DNA from: an uncultured Actinomycetes bacterium
Lineage (GTDB): Bacteria; Actinomycetota; Thermoleophilia; Gaiellales; JAICJC01
Assembly: GCA_963709425.1 (NCBI GenBank)
Contig: CAVPWG010000005.1
Location: 216,030-280,029, forward strand
Direction: 5' to 3'
Length of the DNA: 64,000 nucleotides
The number at the start of each line of letters is the position of its first letter. Within the stretch, counting starts at the first letter, position 1. The notes below the pieces were generated by a model, which worked only from the letters and a program-made list of their open reading frames with translations, searched no databases and was not told the DNA's origin. Of the stretch, positions 1 through 10,878 are shown one piece after another. Both the position numbers and the translations under genes were made by a program.

Positions 1-559
1 CCTGCATGAGGGGCTCTGGATGACGTTCTGGCAGTTTGTCGAGCACGATGCCTCCCGGTCTTTGCCGAGCGCGCACGAGCTCGGCGGCTCGCTGCGCGAG
101 CTGCACGCCGCGCTCGCCGACTTTCCGGGCGAGCTCGGGCAGCTCAGCGAGGTGCGCGACTGGCTCGACCGGCTGGCCGCCGAGCTGCGTCCATCTTCGG
201 GGTTCTCCCCGCAGGAGAGAGAGTTGCTGCGCTCCCACCTCCGAGAGCTGACACCCAATGTCTTTGAGAGCCCGCTCCCCACGCAGGCAATCCATGGCGA
301 CGCGTCGATAGGGAACCTTCTCCGCACCGACACCGGGCTCATCTGGAACGACCTTGAGGACGCCTGTGTTGGCCCGGTCCACTGGGACGTCGCGGGCCTC
401 ATCCTCGAAGTCCGCGCCCATGGGAGAAGTGAGGCGTTCGTCGCGGACGTTCTTCGTGCCTACGGCGGACTGGAGATGGAAGAGCTCGATGACTTCGTCG
501 CGGCCCACGTCCTCTACTCGACCGTCTGGCAGGCGTTCGATGCGCAACGGCGGCCGTAA
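1..559 (+). CDS. Phosphotransferase-fold kinase (APH / choline-kinase-like family), 5' end outside window
   Basis: Frame of ORF 20..559 stays open back to base 2. Catalytic loop IHGDASIGNLL (HxDxxxxN) and DLEDACVGPVHWDVA metal-binding segment are hallmarks of aminoglycoside-phosphotransferase-type kinases. Confidence 0.7.
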   Translation, partial: LHEGLWMTFWQFVEHDASRSLPSAHELGGSLRELHAALADFPGELGQLSEVRDWLDRLAAELRPSSGFSPQERELLRSHLRELTPNVFESPLPTQAIHGDASIGNLLRTDTGLIWNDLEDACVGPVHWDVAGLILEVRAHGRSEAFVADVLRAYGGLEMEELDDFVAAHVLYSTVWQAFDAQRRP

Positions 560-701
560 CCACCGACAGCGCCGATGTTCACGTTGAGGAGCTACCGGGA
601 GTGACAGCCGCGGCGGACCCCGCCAATCCCCCGTGTCGCCGTGCTGTGCCGCCGGTGGTGGGTGCGCCAAACGGGCCGCCCATCCTCGCCTTGCTGCGGG
701 A

Positions 702-1664
702 CTAGGCGGATCGTGCGGAGCCGACGCCGTACGCCTGCATGGCGAGCACGATGCGGTCGGCGCGAAGCACGCCGTTCGGCTGGAGCCGGCCGGGGTTGAG
801 CTCACCCGGGTCGTCGCCTCGCTCGGACTCCTCGACGGTGATCGTGCGCTCGAGCAGGTCGAGCCGGACGACGTACTCGTACCAGGAGATGTCCCAGGCG
901 ATCGTGATCGTGACCGGCCGCGGCAGCTCGGGGCTGTCGAGGCGGACGTTCACGATCGGGTCGCCGAGGCTGCGCGAGATCGCGACCACACGCTCCATGT
1001 GCTCCGAGCGGTTGAACGCCTCGAGCGCAAGACGGCGGACGTGGCGCGCGTCGGCCTCCTTGCGGCGGGCCTCGGCCAACTCGGCGTAGCGGGCGCGCTC
1101 GGCCTCGAGCTGCTGCTCGAGCTCCGTCATCCGCCCCCCGATCCGGCCCGCCTCGGCGGCACGCTCGTCGAGCTGCGCGGCGACGGTGTGGTGCCGTGAG
1201 ATCTCGGCCCGGTGGGCGGCCTCGGCCTGCGCGGCCCGCTCGTCGGCCCGGCGCTTCTCGTCGCTCACGCTCTTGATCTCGCGCTCGCGCCGCTTGAGCT
1301 CGCCCTGGAGCTCCTTCAGCTCACGCTTCGTGCCGCGCAGCTCGGCGGCCTGCTGCTCGGCCTTGGCCAGCGCGTTTCGCACCTGGTCGAGGTCGAACTC
1401 GACCGACTGGAGCTGGCCGCGCAGACGGTCGATGAGCGACTCGCGCTCGCGCAGCGCCTGGTCGGACGGCGGGTTGGCGTGCACGGCGACGATCGGCCGG
1501 CCGTCGGCCCTCCAGCCGCGCCGCTCGGCCCGTTCGTAGCAGAGCGGGCAGACCTTCGCGAACCGTTTCGACGACGGGTCCTGGTACAGGCGCGCAGGCT
1601 CGCCGACCAGCAGGTGTCGGCGGCAGAGCGCGCAGCTCGCGGTGAATTCGGTGGTGCTCGCCAT
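702..1664 (-). CDS. Zinc-ribbon plus long coiled-coil protein, function unknown
   Basis: 320-aa ORF. N-terminal CxxC...CxxC (CALCRR...CPLCYE), about 170 aa of E/R/A/L-rich heptad-like sequence, globular C-terminus. No family recognised. Confidence 0.6.
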   Translation of the reverse strand: MASTTEFTASCALCRRHLLVGEPARLYQDPSSKRFAKVCPLCYERAERRGWRADGRPIVAVHANPPSDQALRERESLIDRLRGQLQSVEFDLDQVRNALAKAEQQAAELRGTKRELKELQGELKRREREIKSVSDEKRRADERAAQAEAAHRAEISRHHTVAAQLDERAAEAGRIGGRMTELEQQLEAERARYAELAEARRKEADARHVRRLALEAFNRSEHMERVVAISRSLGDPIVNVRLDSPELPRPVTITIAWDISWYEYVVRLDLLERTITVEESERGDDPGELNPGRLQPNGVLRADRIVLAMQAYGVGSARSA

Positions 1665-1708
1665 TCCGTCCTCGGAAGCGGACCGTGGAGTCTATCGCGT
1701 TCTGAGGG

Positions 1709-3385
1709 TCAGCAGCCGGAGCCGCCGCCGCCCACCGTCTCTGCGACCTGCTCGAGCGCCGGCTGGATCGTCAGGCTGACGTATCCGCCGGTGGGCGTCG
1801 TGACGGTGGTCATCCCGTCCGCAGAGGAGCCGATGCAGGTCAGCGACGGCGACGCGATCCAGTACGGGCTCGACCGCACGCGCACGAGGTACCGCCCGGG
1901 CGCCGACGTCCAGAGCGTGACGCGGCCCTGCGCGAGCCGGATCAGGCGCGCCTTCGCGCCGGGCGGCGCGGTGACGAGCGCGGTCGGATGCCGGAGCGCG
2001 AACATCGTCCAGTGCTCGGTGCGCGCGATCGGGACGAGGCCCGCCGCACCTGTGCGCAGGAGCGCCGCCTCGCGGGTGGCGCTGTAGTCGAGATCGGCGT
2101 CCGACAAGAGGACGTAGTGGACGCCGAGCGAACGCAGCCAGCGGCGGTACATGCGGCCGGTGAGATCGTCCGAGTAGAGCGGCCCGTTCTGCGGGAAGTC
2201 GTCCTGGCGGTACCACCCGCGCGCCAGTGGGATGCCGTGCTTGGCGAGGTAGTACGCCTCCCAGTGGCCGCGGGTGGCGACGACCTCGACCCGGTGCTCG
2301 GGATCGGAGTGGATGGCGAGCAGGTGCTCGGCGGGCCTCCAGTAGGCGGCCTCGCTCGCCGGATCGCCCCACGACGAGTAGGCGTCGCGGACGAACGGCC
2401 CGACCTGGAGCGCGAGCGCCGCCGCGAGCACGGGCAGCACGACGAGCCGCGAGCGCTCCCGGCTGACGTTGGCCGCGAGCCAGAGGAGCGGCGCGCCGGC
2501 GATCACGAAGAGCCGGCTCGAGTTCGACCCGATCGGCCCCTTCAGGAGGAAGGCGACCAGGTTCAGGGCCAGGTAGCAGGCGAACAGCATCCGGAGCGAC
2601 CGCGCGCGCGGGCTCGTCCCGGTGATGTAGAGGCCGGCAAGCGAGAAGCCGAACACGATGGCCGCGTCGGTCAGATCGTACGGGTACCACGCGCCGGACG
2701 GGAACGCCCGCTCCATCAGCACGGCGACGACGAAGACGGCGACGACCGCCGCGAACGCCGCCCGGTGGCTGCGGAGCGCCCTGCCCGGCCGCGGCTGGCC
2801 GAGGAGCGCTGCGGCGAGCACCGCCATGAGGAGCGCGAAGGCGAGCGGCGAGAAGCCGAGCGTCGCCAGCACCGCGAGGCCGAACCCGACCCGCCAGCGG
2901 CGGTGGATGCAGACGAGCGCCGCGCCGCCGGCGGCCGCGCCCGCGAGGAACGGATAGAGGCCGCCGATCATGAGGATGATCGGCGCCGTCGCGGCGAACG
3001 ACAGGCTCGGCCCGGTCGCCGCGCCCCCCCACTCCCTGCGCGACACGCTCGCAAACGAGCCTGCGAGGACGGCCGCCGCGATCGTGGTGGCGAGCGCCTG
3101 CCCGACGGCCGACGCGACCGGGTAGTAGAGCACCGAGTAGGTGACGAACTCATACCGGCCCGCATACCAGTAGTTGTTCCAGAGGTTGAAGCCGGCGTGC
3201 GAGTAGAGCCAGGTCTGGAAGAGGTGCGAGGGCAGATCCACCCCTGGCGGCCCGCCGTGGTAGACGAGCTGGGCGAGGGCGGCCGCCAGCACCGCGCAGG
3301 CGAGCACGAAGCGGCCTTGTCCCATGCGCTCCCGGAGCCTTCGCAGCACGGCGAGCCAGTATAGCGTCCGGGCGATGCGGCCCAT
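1709..3385 (-). CDS. Polytopic membrane protein, probable GT-C-type glycosyltransferase-like (COG5617-like)
   Basis: 558-aa ORF with more than 10 hydrophobic spans followed by a soluble C-terminal domain. N-terminal GVDLPSHLFQTWLYSHAGFNLWNNYWYAGRYEF resembles predicted integral-membrane glycosyltransferase-like proteins. The overlapping same-strand, other-frame ORF 1692..3032 and antisense ORFs 1212..2087 and 1988..3364 are taken as shadows. Confidence 0.5.
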   Translation of the reverse strand: MGRIARTLYWLAVLRRLRERMGQGRFVLACAVLAAALAQLVYHGGPPGVDLPSHLFQTWLYSHAGFNLWNNYWYAGRYEFVTYSVLYYPVASAVGQALATTIAAAVLAGSFASVSRREWGGAATGPSLSFAATAPIILMIGGLYPFLAGAAAGGAALVCIHRRWRVGFGLAVLATLGFSPLAFALLMAVLAAALLGQPRPGRALRSHRAAFAAVVAVFVVAVLMERAFPSGAWYPYDLTDAAIVFGFSLAGLYITGTSPRARSLRMLFACYLALNLVAFLLKGPIGSNSSRLFVIAGAPLLWLAANVSRERSRLVVLPVLAAALALQVGPFVRDAYSSWGDPASEAAYWRPAEHLLAIHSDPEHRVEVVATRGHWEAYYLAKHGIPLARGWYRQDDFPQNGPLYSDDLTGRMYRRWLRSLGVHYVLLSDADLDYSATREAALLRTGAAGLVPIARTEHWTMFALRHPTALVTAPPGAKARLIRLAQGRVTLWTSAPGRYLVRVRSSPYWIASPSLTCIGSSADGMTTVTTPTGGYVSLTIQPALEQVAETVGGGGSGC

Positions 3386-3412
3386 CCGGCCGAGCGGTAC
3401 AATGCCGCCCGC

Positions 3413-3485
3413 GGGGCGTTAGCTCAGCTGGGAGAGCACCAGCTTTGCAAGCTGGGGGTCACCGGTTCGATCCCGGTACGCTCCA
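3413..3485 (+). tRNA. tRNA-Ala (anticodon UGC)
   Basis: 73-nt cloverleaf folded by hand: acceptor GGGGCGT/ACGCTCC with the G3:U70 Ala identity pair, D arm GCTC-AGCTGGGA-GAGC, anticodon arm CCAGC-TTTGCAA-GCTGG, variable GGGTC, T arm ACCGG-TTCGATC-CCGGT, discriminator A. CCA is not encoded. Confidence 0.95.
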
Positions 3486-3557
3486 CTCGCGTAATCCCTT
3501 TCTGGCAGCCGAACCTAGCGTTTCGGTGCGGCTTGGCGGAGCCGCACCGGAGCGAAC
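3439..3557. repeat. Left copy of 119/120-nt direct repeat (tRNA-Ala positions 27-73 plus 72 nt downstream); putative attL
   Basis: Aligns to 25196..25315 with 2 substitutions and one 1-nt indel (117 identical columns of 120). Covers the tRNA 3' part, a 29-nt spacer and the last ~13 codons plus stop of the integrase. Confidence 0.85.
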
Positions 3558-4640
3558 GGTGCGCACGGATTGCGCACACTCCGCCGAGCCTCTGCGACCG
3601 CGTCGACCATCCGCACGCCAGTCGCGAGCCGCTGCTCATCGAACATGTGCGAGTAGTGCGTCAGCGTCGTGACCGCGGTCGAGTGGCCCATCGACGCCGC
3701 GACGTAGGCGAGGGAGCGGCCCTCGTGGATGAGCAGCGAGGCGTAGGTGTGGCGAAGGTCGTATGGCGCAGCGTCGATGCCTGCGCTCGAGCAGGCAGGC
3801 CTCCAGACGCGGTTTCCGCCAGTTCCGAGGTCCAGGTACTCGCCGACCCCGCCGGCGACGACCAGAGCCCCTCGAGCGGGCTTCGAGGGCCTGAGCGCGG
3901 CCAGGTCGCCGTGGAGCGGCTCGACGATCTCGACCGTTCGCATCCGCCCGGTCTTCGTCCGGCGCAGCGCGCCGTACGACCAGCTCCGATCGACGACGAG
4001 GACGTGCTCGCCGACGCTGTCCCACGTCAACGCGAGGGCTTCGCCCGGCCGCAGGCCGGCGAGGGCGAGCAAGCTGACCAGACCTGGTCGCGCAGCACCG
4101 GCATGGCCGCCCGGATCTGCTCGACCTCAACCGGCGTCAACGCTCGCGGACGCTCCACGAGCACCGGCAGCTTCCGCACGCTCGAGCACGGGTTCGCCGG
4201 CAGATGCCCGTCGCGTACCGCGGCACCACACGCAGCCGAGAGGACGCTAAGCGCGCCGTTCGCGACCCCGGAGTCGCACCGCTCCCCGTGACTTCGGAGC
4301 GCCACTCACGGACGCGGCGGGACCCAGGTCGCGTAGCCGCACTCCCCGATCTGCGGCCGGACCCACCGGCTCAGAACGTCTTCGCGCTGCGACCGCGTTG
4401 ACGCCGCCCACAGCGGACTATCGGCCGCCCACCACACAGTCCAACCACTCGTCGAGCGTCTGCCGGCTCGGCACCGCGGCGGCGTGCACGCCGAGCTGCG
4501 GCCGTGCGGCGCTGCTCGAGCTCGAACGCGGTCGCGTCCTCTTTGCGGGTGAACGACTTGGCGTATTGGCGGTCGTCTCGGCGCCAGCGGACGACGTAGC
4601 TCCGGCCGCGCCGCCGGGTACCTTGCCGATGCGTCCACAC
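3515..4640 (-). pseudogene. Tyrosine recombinase / phage-type integrase, reading frame broken at 3 or more places
   Basis: Minus-strand pieces 4371..4640 (RGRSYVVRWRRDDRQYAKSFTRKEDATAFELE), 4027..4305 (LTPVEVEQIRAAMP) and 3515..4072 (GLRPGEALAL...LRHTYASLLIHEG...MGHSTAVTTLTHYSHMF) together read as one integrase with R..HxxR..Y catalytic residues. May be intact if the frame breaks are assembly indels. Confidence 0.8.
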
Positions 4641-5249
4641 AGGTCACGGAGACGCTGGAGACGAAGTCGTCCTGATCGCCGAGCACGTCGGCGAGTTCCC
4701 GGTTGCTGAGGGTGTGGGTGCGGCCGCGACCCAAACCACCGCCCCGATCCCGACGAGCGTCCCAGCAAGTGCCACCCAGAGCATGTGCTTGCGAATCCAT
4801 TCCATGCGGACATGATCCGTCGTCGCGGCGAGGACGCGCATCAGGGATTGCCCTCGACCTACCCGGCCTTCAGCCCTGCCGAAGAAGTCGCCGGACCCGC
4901 GCCTGCTCGCTCTGCGGCCGTGTCATCGACCGCTCCCAGGTCGCTGCTCTGCCGGCCTCGAGACCGTCGCCTGCTCCGAGTCGGGTCGGTGGCTCTGTCG
5001 CGAACCAGGCGGCGAGCGAACAGCGGGCGGCACTCGTTGCTCTAGGCGAAGGATGTTTGCGGCAGCTGTCCAACCCGCTGTACCGTCATCATGGCCCGAG
5101 ACCGCCGAGACAGCCATGGGGCTCAGGGGCCCGATCCTGCCTGGATAGACGCGCCACCTGGGAGGACGTCCATCACCGAAGCGTCGACCGTCGCGACCGC
5201 GGCACTCCCCTGCTGTAGCCGCCTCTCTGGCTTACAATCGGCCGAGCAT

Positions 5250-5717
5250 CTAGCTGGGGGCATTCGCGGGCAAACCGCGAACGATGACGACTGGGCATGC
5301 CGCCAGCTGCGCGCACTGATGGCTGACGGAGCCCAGCATCAGCCCCTTGAAGCCGCCCAGCCCGCGCGATCCCACGACGAGGAGATCCGCGCCACTCGCC
5401 GCCTCGATCAGGACTTCAGCCGGAGCGCCCTTCCGGACTCGGCAGTCGACCTCGACGCCCTGTAGCTCGTTCGAAACCTCGCTGACCGCCCGATCGAGCA
5501 CAGCCCGCGCGCTGGCCTCAAGATCCGCGCTCAGGTCGGCGAGCTCGGGGCGGATCGGCGCCAGGCTCCGGCTCGGCAACGGCGGCATATACCAGGCGAT
5601 GACAACCCGGACCTTGGCGCGCCGAAGAACCGCCTCGGCCACGCTCCAGCGTAGAGCAGCAACCGCGCTGTCCGAACCGTCCACGCCGACGACAATCAGA
5701 GCATCGTGGTTCTCCAC
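5250..5717 (-). CDS. Universal stress protein (UspA family)
   Basis: 155 aa. IVVGVDGSDSA N-terminus and C-terminal LLVVGSRGLGGFKGLMLGSVSHQCAQLAACPVVIV (ATP-binding G-2x-G-9x-G-S/T type motif). Confidence 0.85.
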   Translation of the reverse strand: MENHDALIVVGVDGSDSAVAALRWSVAEAVLRRAKVRVVIAWYMPPLPSRSLAPIRPELADLSADLEASARAVLDRAVSEVSNELQGVEVDCRVRKGAPAEVLIEAASGADLLVVGSRGLGGFKGLMLGSVSHQCAQLAACPVVIVRGLPANAPS

Positions 5718-5903
5718 CCGCGGATGCTACACCCGGGTCGAAACGGTCCACGACTCGCACCGAGGATGGCTCGGCATCGACCACGCTGTCCGCCGGCGGA
5801 CGGGGGAGCCCCAGAGGGCGGCTCAAGGTGTCCGGCACGAGACTTGCACCGGCGTGGCGAACCGGCGCGTGCGGGTACCCGGGCGAAGCGGCAAAATCCC
5901 GGG

Positions 5904-6887
5904 ATGCTCGACGTGTCGACCGCCGGATGGGCGGTCACGATCACCCTGATCGGCGCGCGTGGCTGGCGATATCGCCCTGTCGACCCGGCGGCCACACGCC
6001 ATCGGCTTCCGCGAGGCCGTGGCCTGGTCGGGCTTCTACGTGGCCGTTGCGGTCGTCTTCGGCGTGGTGTTCGGGGTCGTCGCAGGCTGGAATTTCGGCG
6101 CGCAGTACTTCGCCGGCTACGTCGTCGAGAAGAGCCTCTCAGTCGACAACCTGTTCGTGTTCGTGATCATCATGAGCACGTTCGCGGTGCCCGCCGAGCA
6201 CGAGCAGCGGGTTCTCACCCTCGGCATCGCCGCCGCGCTCGTCCTGCGGGCCTGCTTCATCGCGGTAGGCGCCGCGCTCCTGGACGCCTTCTCACTCATG
6301 CTGGTCGTGTTCGGCCTCCTGCTCGTCGTCACCGGAATCCACTCTTCCGCCACCGCGACGAGGACCCGACGGTGGACGACAACGTGCTGGTGGTCGCGGC
6401 CAGACGCGCGCTGCCGCTCACAGACCGCTACGACGGCGGTCGGCTGGTCACCCACGAGGACGGGCGGCGTGTGGCGACACCGCTCGTCCTCGTCCTGATC
6501 GCAATCGGCGGGACGGATGTCCTGTTCGCGCTCGACTCGATCCCGGCGGTATTCGGCGTTACCCGCGAGGCGTACATCGTCTTCGCCGCGAACGCGTTTG
6601 CGCTCCTCGGACTGCGGGCGCTCTACTTCCTCGTGTCCGGACTGCTCGATCGGCTCGTCTACCTCTCGACCGGCCTCGCGGCCGTGCTCATCTTCATCGG
6701 CGTGAAGCTGGTGCTGCACTACCTGCACGAGCGCCGCGACAGCATCCCGGAAGTGTCGACCGGCCTCTCGCTTGCGGTGATCGCCGCCGTGCTCGCGACG
6801 GCCACCATCGCAAGCGTAATCGCCGTGCGGCGCGACCCGAGCCTCCACGCCCGGGCGGGCTCGCTCCGCGGGCGGCGCCCCGAGTAG
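5904..6887 (+). pseudogene. TerC-family integral membrane protein, two apparent frameshifts
   Basis: MLDVSTAGWAVTITLIGA (frame 0) continues as AGDIALSTRRPHAIGFREAVAWSGFYV...EKSLSVDNLFVF (frame 1, ORF 5959..6498). It then returns to frame 0: RHRDEDPTVDDNVL...GGTDVLFALDSIPAVFGVT...ANAFALLGLRALYF. Breaks near 5955-5962 and 6338-6345. Confidence 0.75.
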
Positions 6888-7051
6888 CGGCGCGGCTGAT
6901 GTCACAAGCCACAGCTCGGAAGAACTTCACGACTTGACGGGATGTTCGGCGCGGGAGCGAAGATGCTTGCGGTTCTCGCGTAGACTCGTGCCGTCGCCGA
7001 CGACCACAACCGCAGCCTTGCAGGGCAACGGCCTGCCGCGCGAGTAGCGGC

Positions 7052-7621
7052 TCACCAGGGCGGCCTGACCCGCAGGCCGGTACGTGATCGTCTCCTTTGG
7101 TCGTCCTGGGAGAGGCGTGCTTTGACGTGCAGTTTCGCCAGCGGCCGGATCATCCCCAGGTGCCCCCCGCTCATCCCCAAGCCGCGGTGGTCGACCGCCG
7201 TGGCGGCCTCGACCTCGAGCTCGTCGCCGATCTGCCGCACTTTCGCGTCGAACTCGAGCGGCATGACCGTGCCCGCGGCTTCGAGACGACCCTCGACGCG
7301 CAGCATGCCATCGCCAGTATCACGAACGCGAGTGGAGGTGAAGCGCACCAGCGGGTGCTCGGCGACGTTGAAGAAGTCGGCCGACAGCAGGTGCCGGTCC
7401 CGCGTCGCGTTTCCGGTGGCCAGGCTGTGGGCGTCGATCGTCAGATCGATCGACGTGCCGTCCGGCCCGACGTCGTACCAGCCGTCGAACCGGTCGAAGC
7501 GACCGCGAACCGTGATCAGGCCCCAGAACGTTTTCACCGCGAAGTCAACAACGGTTTGATCCGGATCGACCCTCCAAAGCGTCGACGCGGCCGCTTTCTG
7601 ATTGGTATCCATGGTGATCAT
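7052..7621 (-). CDS. YceI-family periplasmic/lipid-binding protein
   Basis: Internal ATG at 7621 preceded by AGGAG. WRVDPDQTVVDFAVKTFWGLITVRGRF...LATGNATRDRHLLSADFFNVAEHP matches the YceI signature. The upstream part of ORF 7052..8095 has no coding features. Confidence 0.85.
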   Translation of the reverse strand: MITMDTNQKAAASTLWRVDPDQTVVDFAVKTFWGLITVRGRFDRFDGWYDVGPDGTSIDLTIDAHSLATGNATRDRHLLSADFFNVAEHPLVRFTSTRVRDTGDGMLRVEGRLEAAGTVMPLEFDAKVRQIGDELEVEAATAVDHRGLGMSGGHLGMIRPLAKLHVKARLSQDDQRRRSRTGLRVRPPW

Positions 7622-8148
7622 CGCAAACTCCTGTCGTTGGATATGCGATGAAGCCTGAACGCGAACACTGCCAGGCGGCTGCCACGCCGCGGACGCCCGC
7701 TGCCACGGGCCGCCCGCTCCACCCGCATCGCATAGGCGGGCTACAGGCCGGCGTTGACAGATCGAGCACGCGAACCCGCCACCCGGACGAGTGCGGCGGC
7801 CGCGGCATTCGTCAAGCGACTGGAAGGCGGGCCTCGAGACCGTGGCAGTGAGCACTTCTGGGTCGCAGCACCAGGGGCCGCTATGCGACGGCGAGCTGGT
7901 GCGACCCGATTGCTGCATGTCGTTCCCGAGCTTGCGGCGAGCACGCTCGAGGTGCTCGCTGCCCCTTCCGGGCACGCGGCCCGAGCTTTCACGACGAGGA
8001 GCCGGGGAAGACGCTGCACGAGCTGCGCTTCGGCCAGCCGACCGCTTCCAGAGCGGCCGCACTCGCCGCGAGTGCCGGGAAAGAGCTCCACGCAATCCGT
8101 CCGGCCGTCCTTATTGACCCCGGAATCATCTCGTTCATCCATGCTGGC

Positions 8149-9540
8149 TTAGGGCGGCGGCTGCTGCTTCTCCGCGGCGTCCGCCGCGGCGATGCGAGCT
8201 CGTCTGGCGGCGGTGAGCTCCTCCGTGACGATCTGGAATCCGGACGCGATCGGCACGGCGATGATCGCGCCGATCAACCCGAAGAGCGCCCCGAACGCCA
8301 GGACGCTTGCGAGCACGGTGAAGCCCGAGACCTGTGCGACCTTTCCGATGATCATCGGCTGCAGGATGTAGTTCTCGATCTGTTGGTACAGGACGATCAC
8401 GATCGCAAAGGCGATCAAGGCTCCAAGGCTGACCGACAGCGCGACGAATGCGATGATGACGCCGGCGATCGTGGCCCCGATGGTGGGGACGAGGTCGAGG
8501 ATCGCCGCGATCACCGCCAGGGCGAGCGGGTACGGAAGTCCGAGGATCACCGCCGTGACGCCATAGACCGTCCCGCAGACCAGGGAGATGGCCAGATTGC
8601 CGAGCATGTACCGCGAGGTCGTGTGGATGATTTGATCGGTGACCCGCAGGAACCGCTCCCGCTTGTCCCGATACAGCAGGCCGCCGATCCAGTCTCGGGC
8701 GTGCGGTTCGTCGATCAAGCCGAAGAGCGTCAGGAAGATGACCGAGAAGGCGAGTGTGAGTGTTCCCAGGGCCGAAACTCCGACATGGGTGACGCCGCCC
8801 GAAAGCTTGCCGACCCCCCCGGTGATGTCGGCCATGTGCGTCCTCAGCGTGTCGAGGGAGTCGCTCCCGCTGTTGATGGATTTGCCGAGGTCGCTGTGCC
8901 TCACCTTGTCGACGATCTGTGGCAGATCGCTGCTGAACCCACGCACCGTGTCGCTGATCGCCTGCACGAGCACCAGCGCGACTGCACCGATGAGGATCAC
9001 GATCCCCAGCACGAGCGCCGCCGCACACAGCCCCCGTCTCCAACCCAACCGCCGCTCCATGGAGGTCACCACGGGCGAGAGCACCGCGACGCTGAACACG
9101 GAGACCAGGATCACGAGGAGCGCGTTTCTGATCGACGCCAGTGCCAATGCGATCGCGGCGATGCCGGCGACCAGCAGGACCGTCTGGATCGATATCGTGA
9201 TCTCGACCTTCGGGCGACCGGTGTCCGTGGCCGCCGTGGAGGGCTCGGACGCGTTCGTCTGCTGATCGTGCCGACCGGGGTTGATGACTCCAACCTCCGC
9301 GGGGAAGTGTCTGCATGAACCGGCTCGCCCGTAACAGTCTACGGCCGCTTTCGGCCGAGCCGCGGCGCGGTAGCCGGCGCGCGTCGCAGCCGTCGCGTCG
9401 ACGAGCGAAGATCTGGCCTGCCTCACCCAACGACCGGCAGGATCCTCCAACTCGCTCAGAGCGATGATCGGCTGCGGCGTTTGGGCGAGCGTGACGGGTG
9501 ATCCGCGCACGACCGACCCGCCCCTGTAGCGTGCGGGCAT
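8149..9540 (-). CDS. AI-2E family transporter (PerM/UPF0118); start uncertain
   Basis: Multi-TM core with C-terminal LDLVPTIGATIAG...VIVLYQQIENYILQPMIIGK...GALFGLIGAIIAVPIA typical of AI-2E transporters. ORF is open to 9687; candidate starts at 9540 (ATG) and 9426 (GTG), neither with a convincing SD. Confidence 0.8.
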   Translation of the reverse strand: MPARYRGGSVVRGSPVTLAQTPQPIIALSELEDPAGRWVRQARSSLVDATAATRAGYRAAARPKAAVDCYGRAGSCRHFPAEVGVINPGRHDQQTNASEPSTAATDTGRPKVEITISIQTVLLVAGIAAIALALASIRNALLVILVSVFSVAVLSPVVTSMERRLGWRRGLCAAALVLGIVILIGAVALVLVQAISDTVRGFSSDLPQIVDKVRHSDLGKSINSGSDSLDTLRTHMADITGGVGKLSGGVTHVGVSALGTLTLAFSVIFLTLFGLIDEPHARDWIGGLLYRDKRERFLRVTDQIIHTTSRYMLGNLAISLVCGTVYGVTAVILGLPYPLALAVIAAILDLVPTIGATIAGVIIAFVALSVSLGALIAFAIVIVLYQQIENYILQPMIIGKVAQVSGFTVLASVLAFGALFGLIGAIIAVPIASGFQIVTEELTAARRARIAAADAAEKQQPPP

Positions 9541-10630
9541 GGCGGGGCCGGTTATCGAGCCACCGGACGCGCAATCCGGCGGAGCGGACGACGCCGGCCG
9601 GCGCAGGCCCGGCGGGCGCCGGGACTGGCGGTGGCTTCTGCGCAAGGCAGTCGCTCCGGCGATCAGCCTTGCGGTTGTGGTCGGCATCGCCGCCGTGATC
9701 CCGCAGTTTGCGAGCTACGGTGCGATCTGGCGCTCCATGAGCAGCCTCGACGGCCGCGACTGGGCCTTCATTGCCGGCTGCACCGTGCTGAACGTCGCGA
9801 CCAGCGGGCCGCCGTGGATGGCGGCGGTGCCAGGGCTCACCTACAAGCGATCCATGCTGCTCACGCAGACCTCGGCGCTGATGACGACGGCGTTGCCGGC
9901 GGGGGAGGCGGTGGGCTTCGCCACCCAGATCGCGATGCTACGGAGCTGGCGGCTTACGCCCCAGGTCGTCAGCGCCGGCTTCGTGCTGGTCGCCGGCTGG
10001 AACCAGCTGATCAACGTCATCGTCCCGGTCGCGTCCATCGCCGCGCTCGGCGCCGGGCACGCCAATCCCCTCTATCGCACGGTCAGCCTAATTGCCGGCG
10101 TCGTGCTGGTCGCGGTGGCCGTCGCCGTCGCGGTCCTCTTTCGCAGCCCTGCTCAGGCGCGCAGGATCGGAGACCTCGCCGGTCGGGTCGTCTCCCACGT
10201 GGGGGGGCTCTTCCATCGCCCGCCGCTCACGGGCGGGGGCGACCGCCTGGTCGCGATGCGCTCGCAGACGATCGCCGTGGCAGCTCGGCGCTGGCCCTTC
10301 CTGACGATCGCGACCGTCGCGAACCAGCTCACCGTGTTCGGCGTGCTGCTGGCGTGCCTCGCGGCAACCGGTGTGCACGGGATCACCCTCGTCGAGGCCC
10401 TGGCCAGCTGGTCGTTCGCCCGCCTGATCGGGTCCATCGCCATCACTCCGGGCGGCCTCGGCGTGCAGGAGCTGGGGTTGACCGGCGCGCTGATCGCGTT
10501 CGGTGGGAGTGCCGCGGCGGTGATCGCGACGGCCCTCCTCTTCCGAGTGGTCACCTTCGTGCCGACGGTCGTGGTCGGTTCGGCGTGCGCGCTGATCTGG
10601 CGCCGAGAGCAACAACGCAACGGCGAGTAG
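9539..10630 (+). CDS. Flippase-like membrane protein (lysylphosphatidylglycerol-synthase TM region / UPF0104 family)
   Basis: 363 aa, about 8 TM spans, C-terminal ITPGGLGVQELGLTGALIAFG motif characteristic of LPG_synthase_TM/TIGR00374 proteins. Confidence 0.7.
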   Translation: MAGPVIEPPDAQSGGADDAGRRRPGGRRDWRWLLRKAVAPAISLAVVVGIAAVIPQFASYGAIWRSMSSLDGRDWAFIAGCTVLNVATSGPPWMAAVPGLTYKRSMLLTQTSALMTTALPAGEAVGFATQIAMLRSWRLTPQVVSAGFVLVAGWNQLINVIVPVASIAALGAGHANPLYRTVSLIAGVVLVAVAVAVAVLFRSPAQARRIGDLAGRVVSHVGGLFHRPPLTGGGDRLVAMRSQTIAVAARRWPFLTIATVANQLTVFGVLLACLAATGVHGITLVEALASWSFARLIGSIAITPGGLGVQELGLTGALIAFGGSAAAVIATALLFRVVTFVPTVVVGSACALIWRREQQRNGE

Positions 10631-10878
10631 CACGTTGGCAGCTTCACCAGGCGCGGGCGAGGAACGTCATCCCGATCTCGACAAACCCGGCCGCGAGTGC
10701 GACGAGGCCGAAGAGCAGCGATCGAGAACCCTGATGTGTAGTCCTACCGTCAGCCGAACGCGGTGACCCAGTCCTGGCAAATTGCAAATCGCATCCGAGC
10801 CCTGCGCCGAACCCCGTACGCTGGTACCTTTAGCCGTCGTTCCTCCGTGCGGAAAGGCACGGCAAGCAAAGGAGGGCC

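Noticed and set aside
7622-8148. ORFs in the 527-bp gap between yceI and the AI-2E gene (7741..8142 minus strand, 7754..8152 plus strand, N-terminal extension of 7052..8095)
   Set aside because: No motif, no SD, and mutually overlapping on both strands. I cannot tell which, if any, is real.
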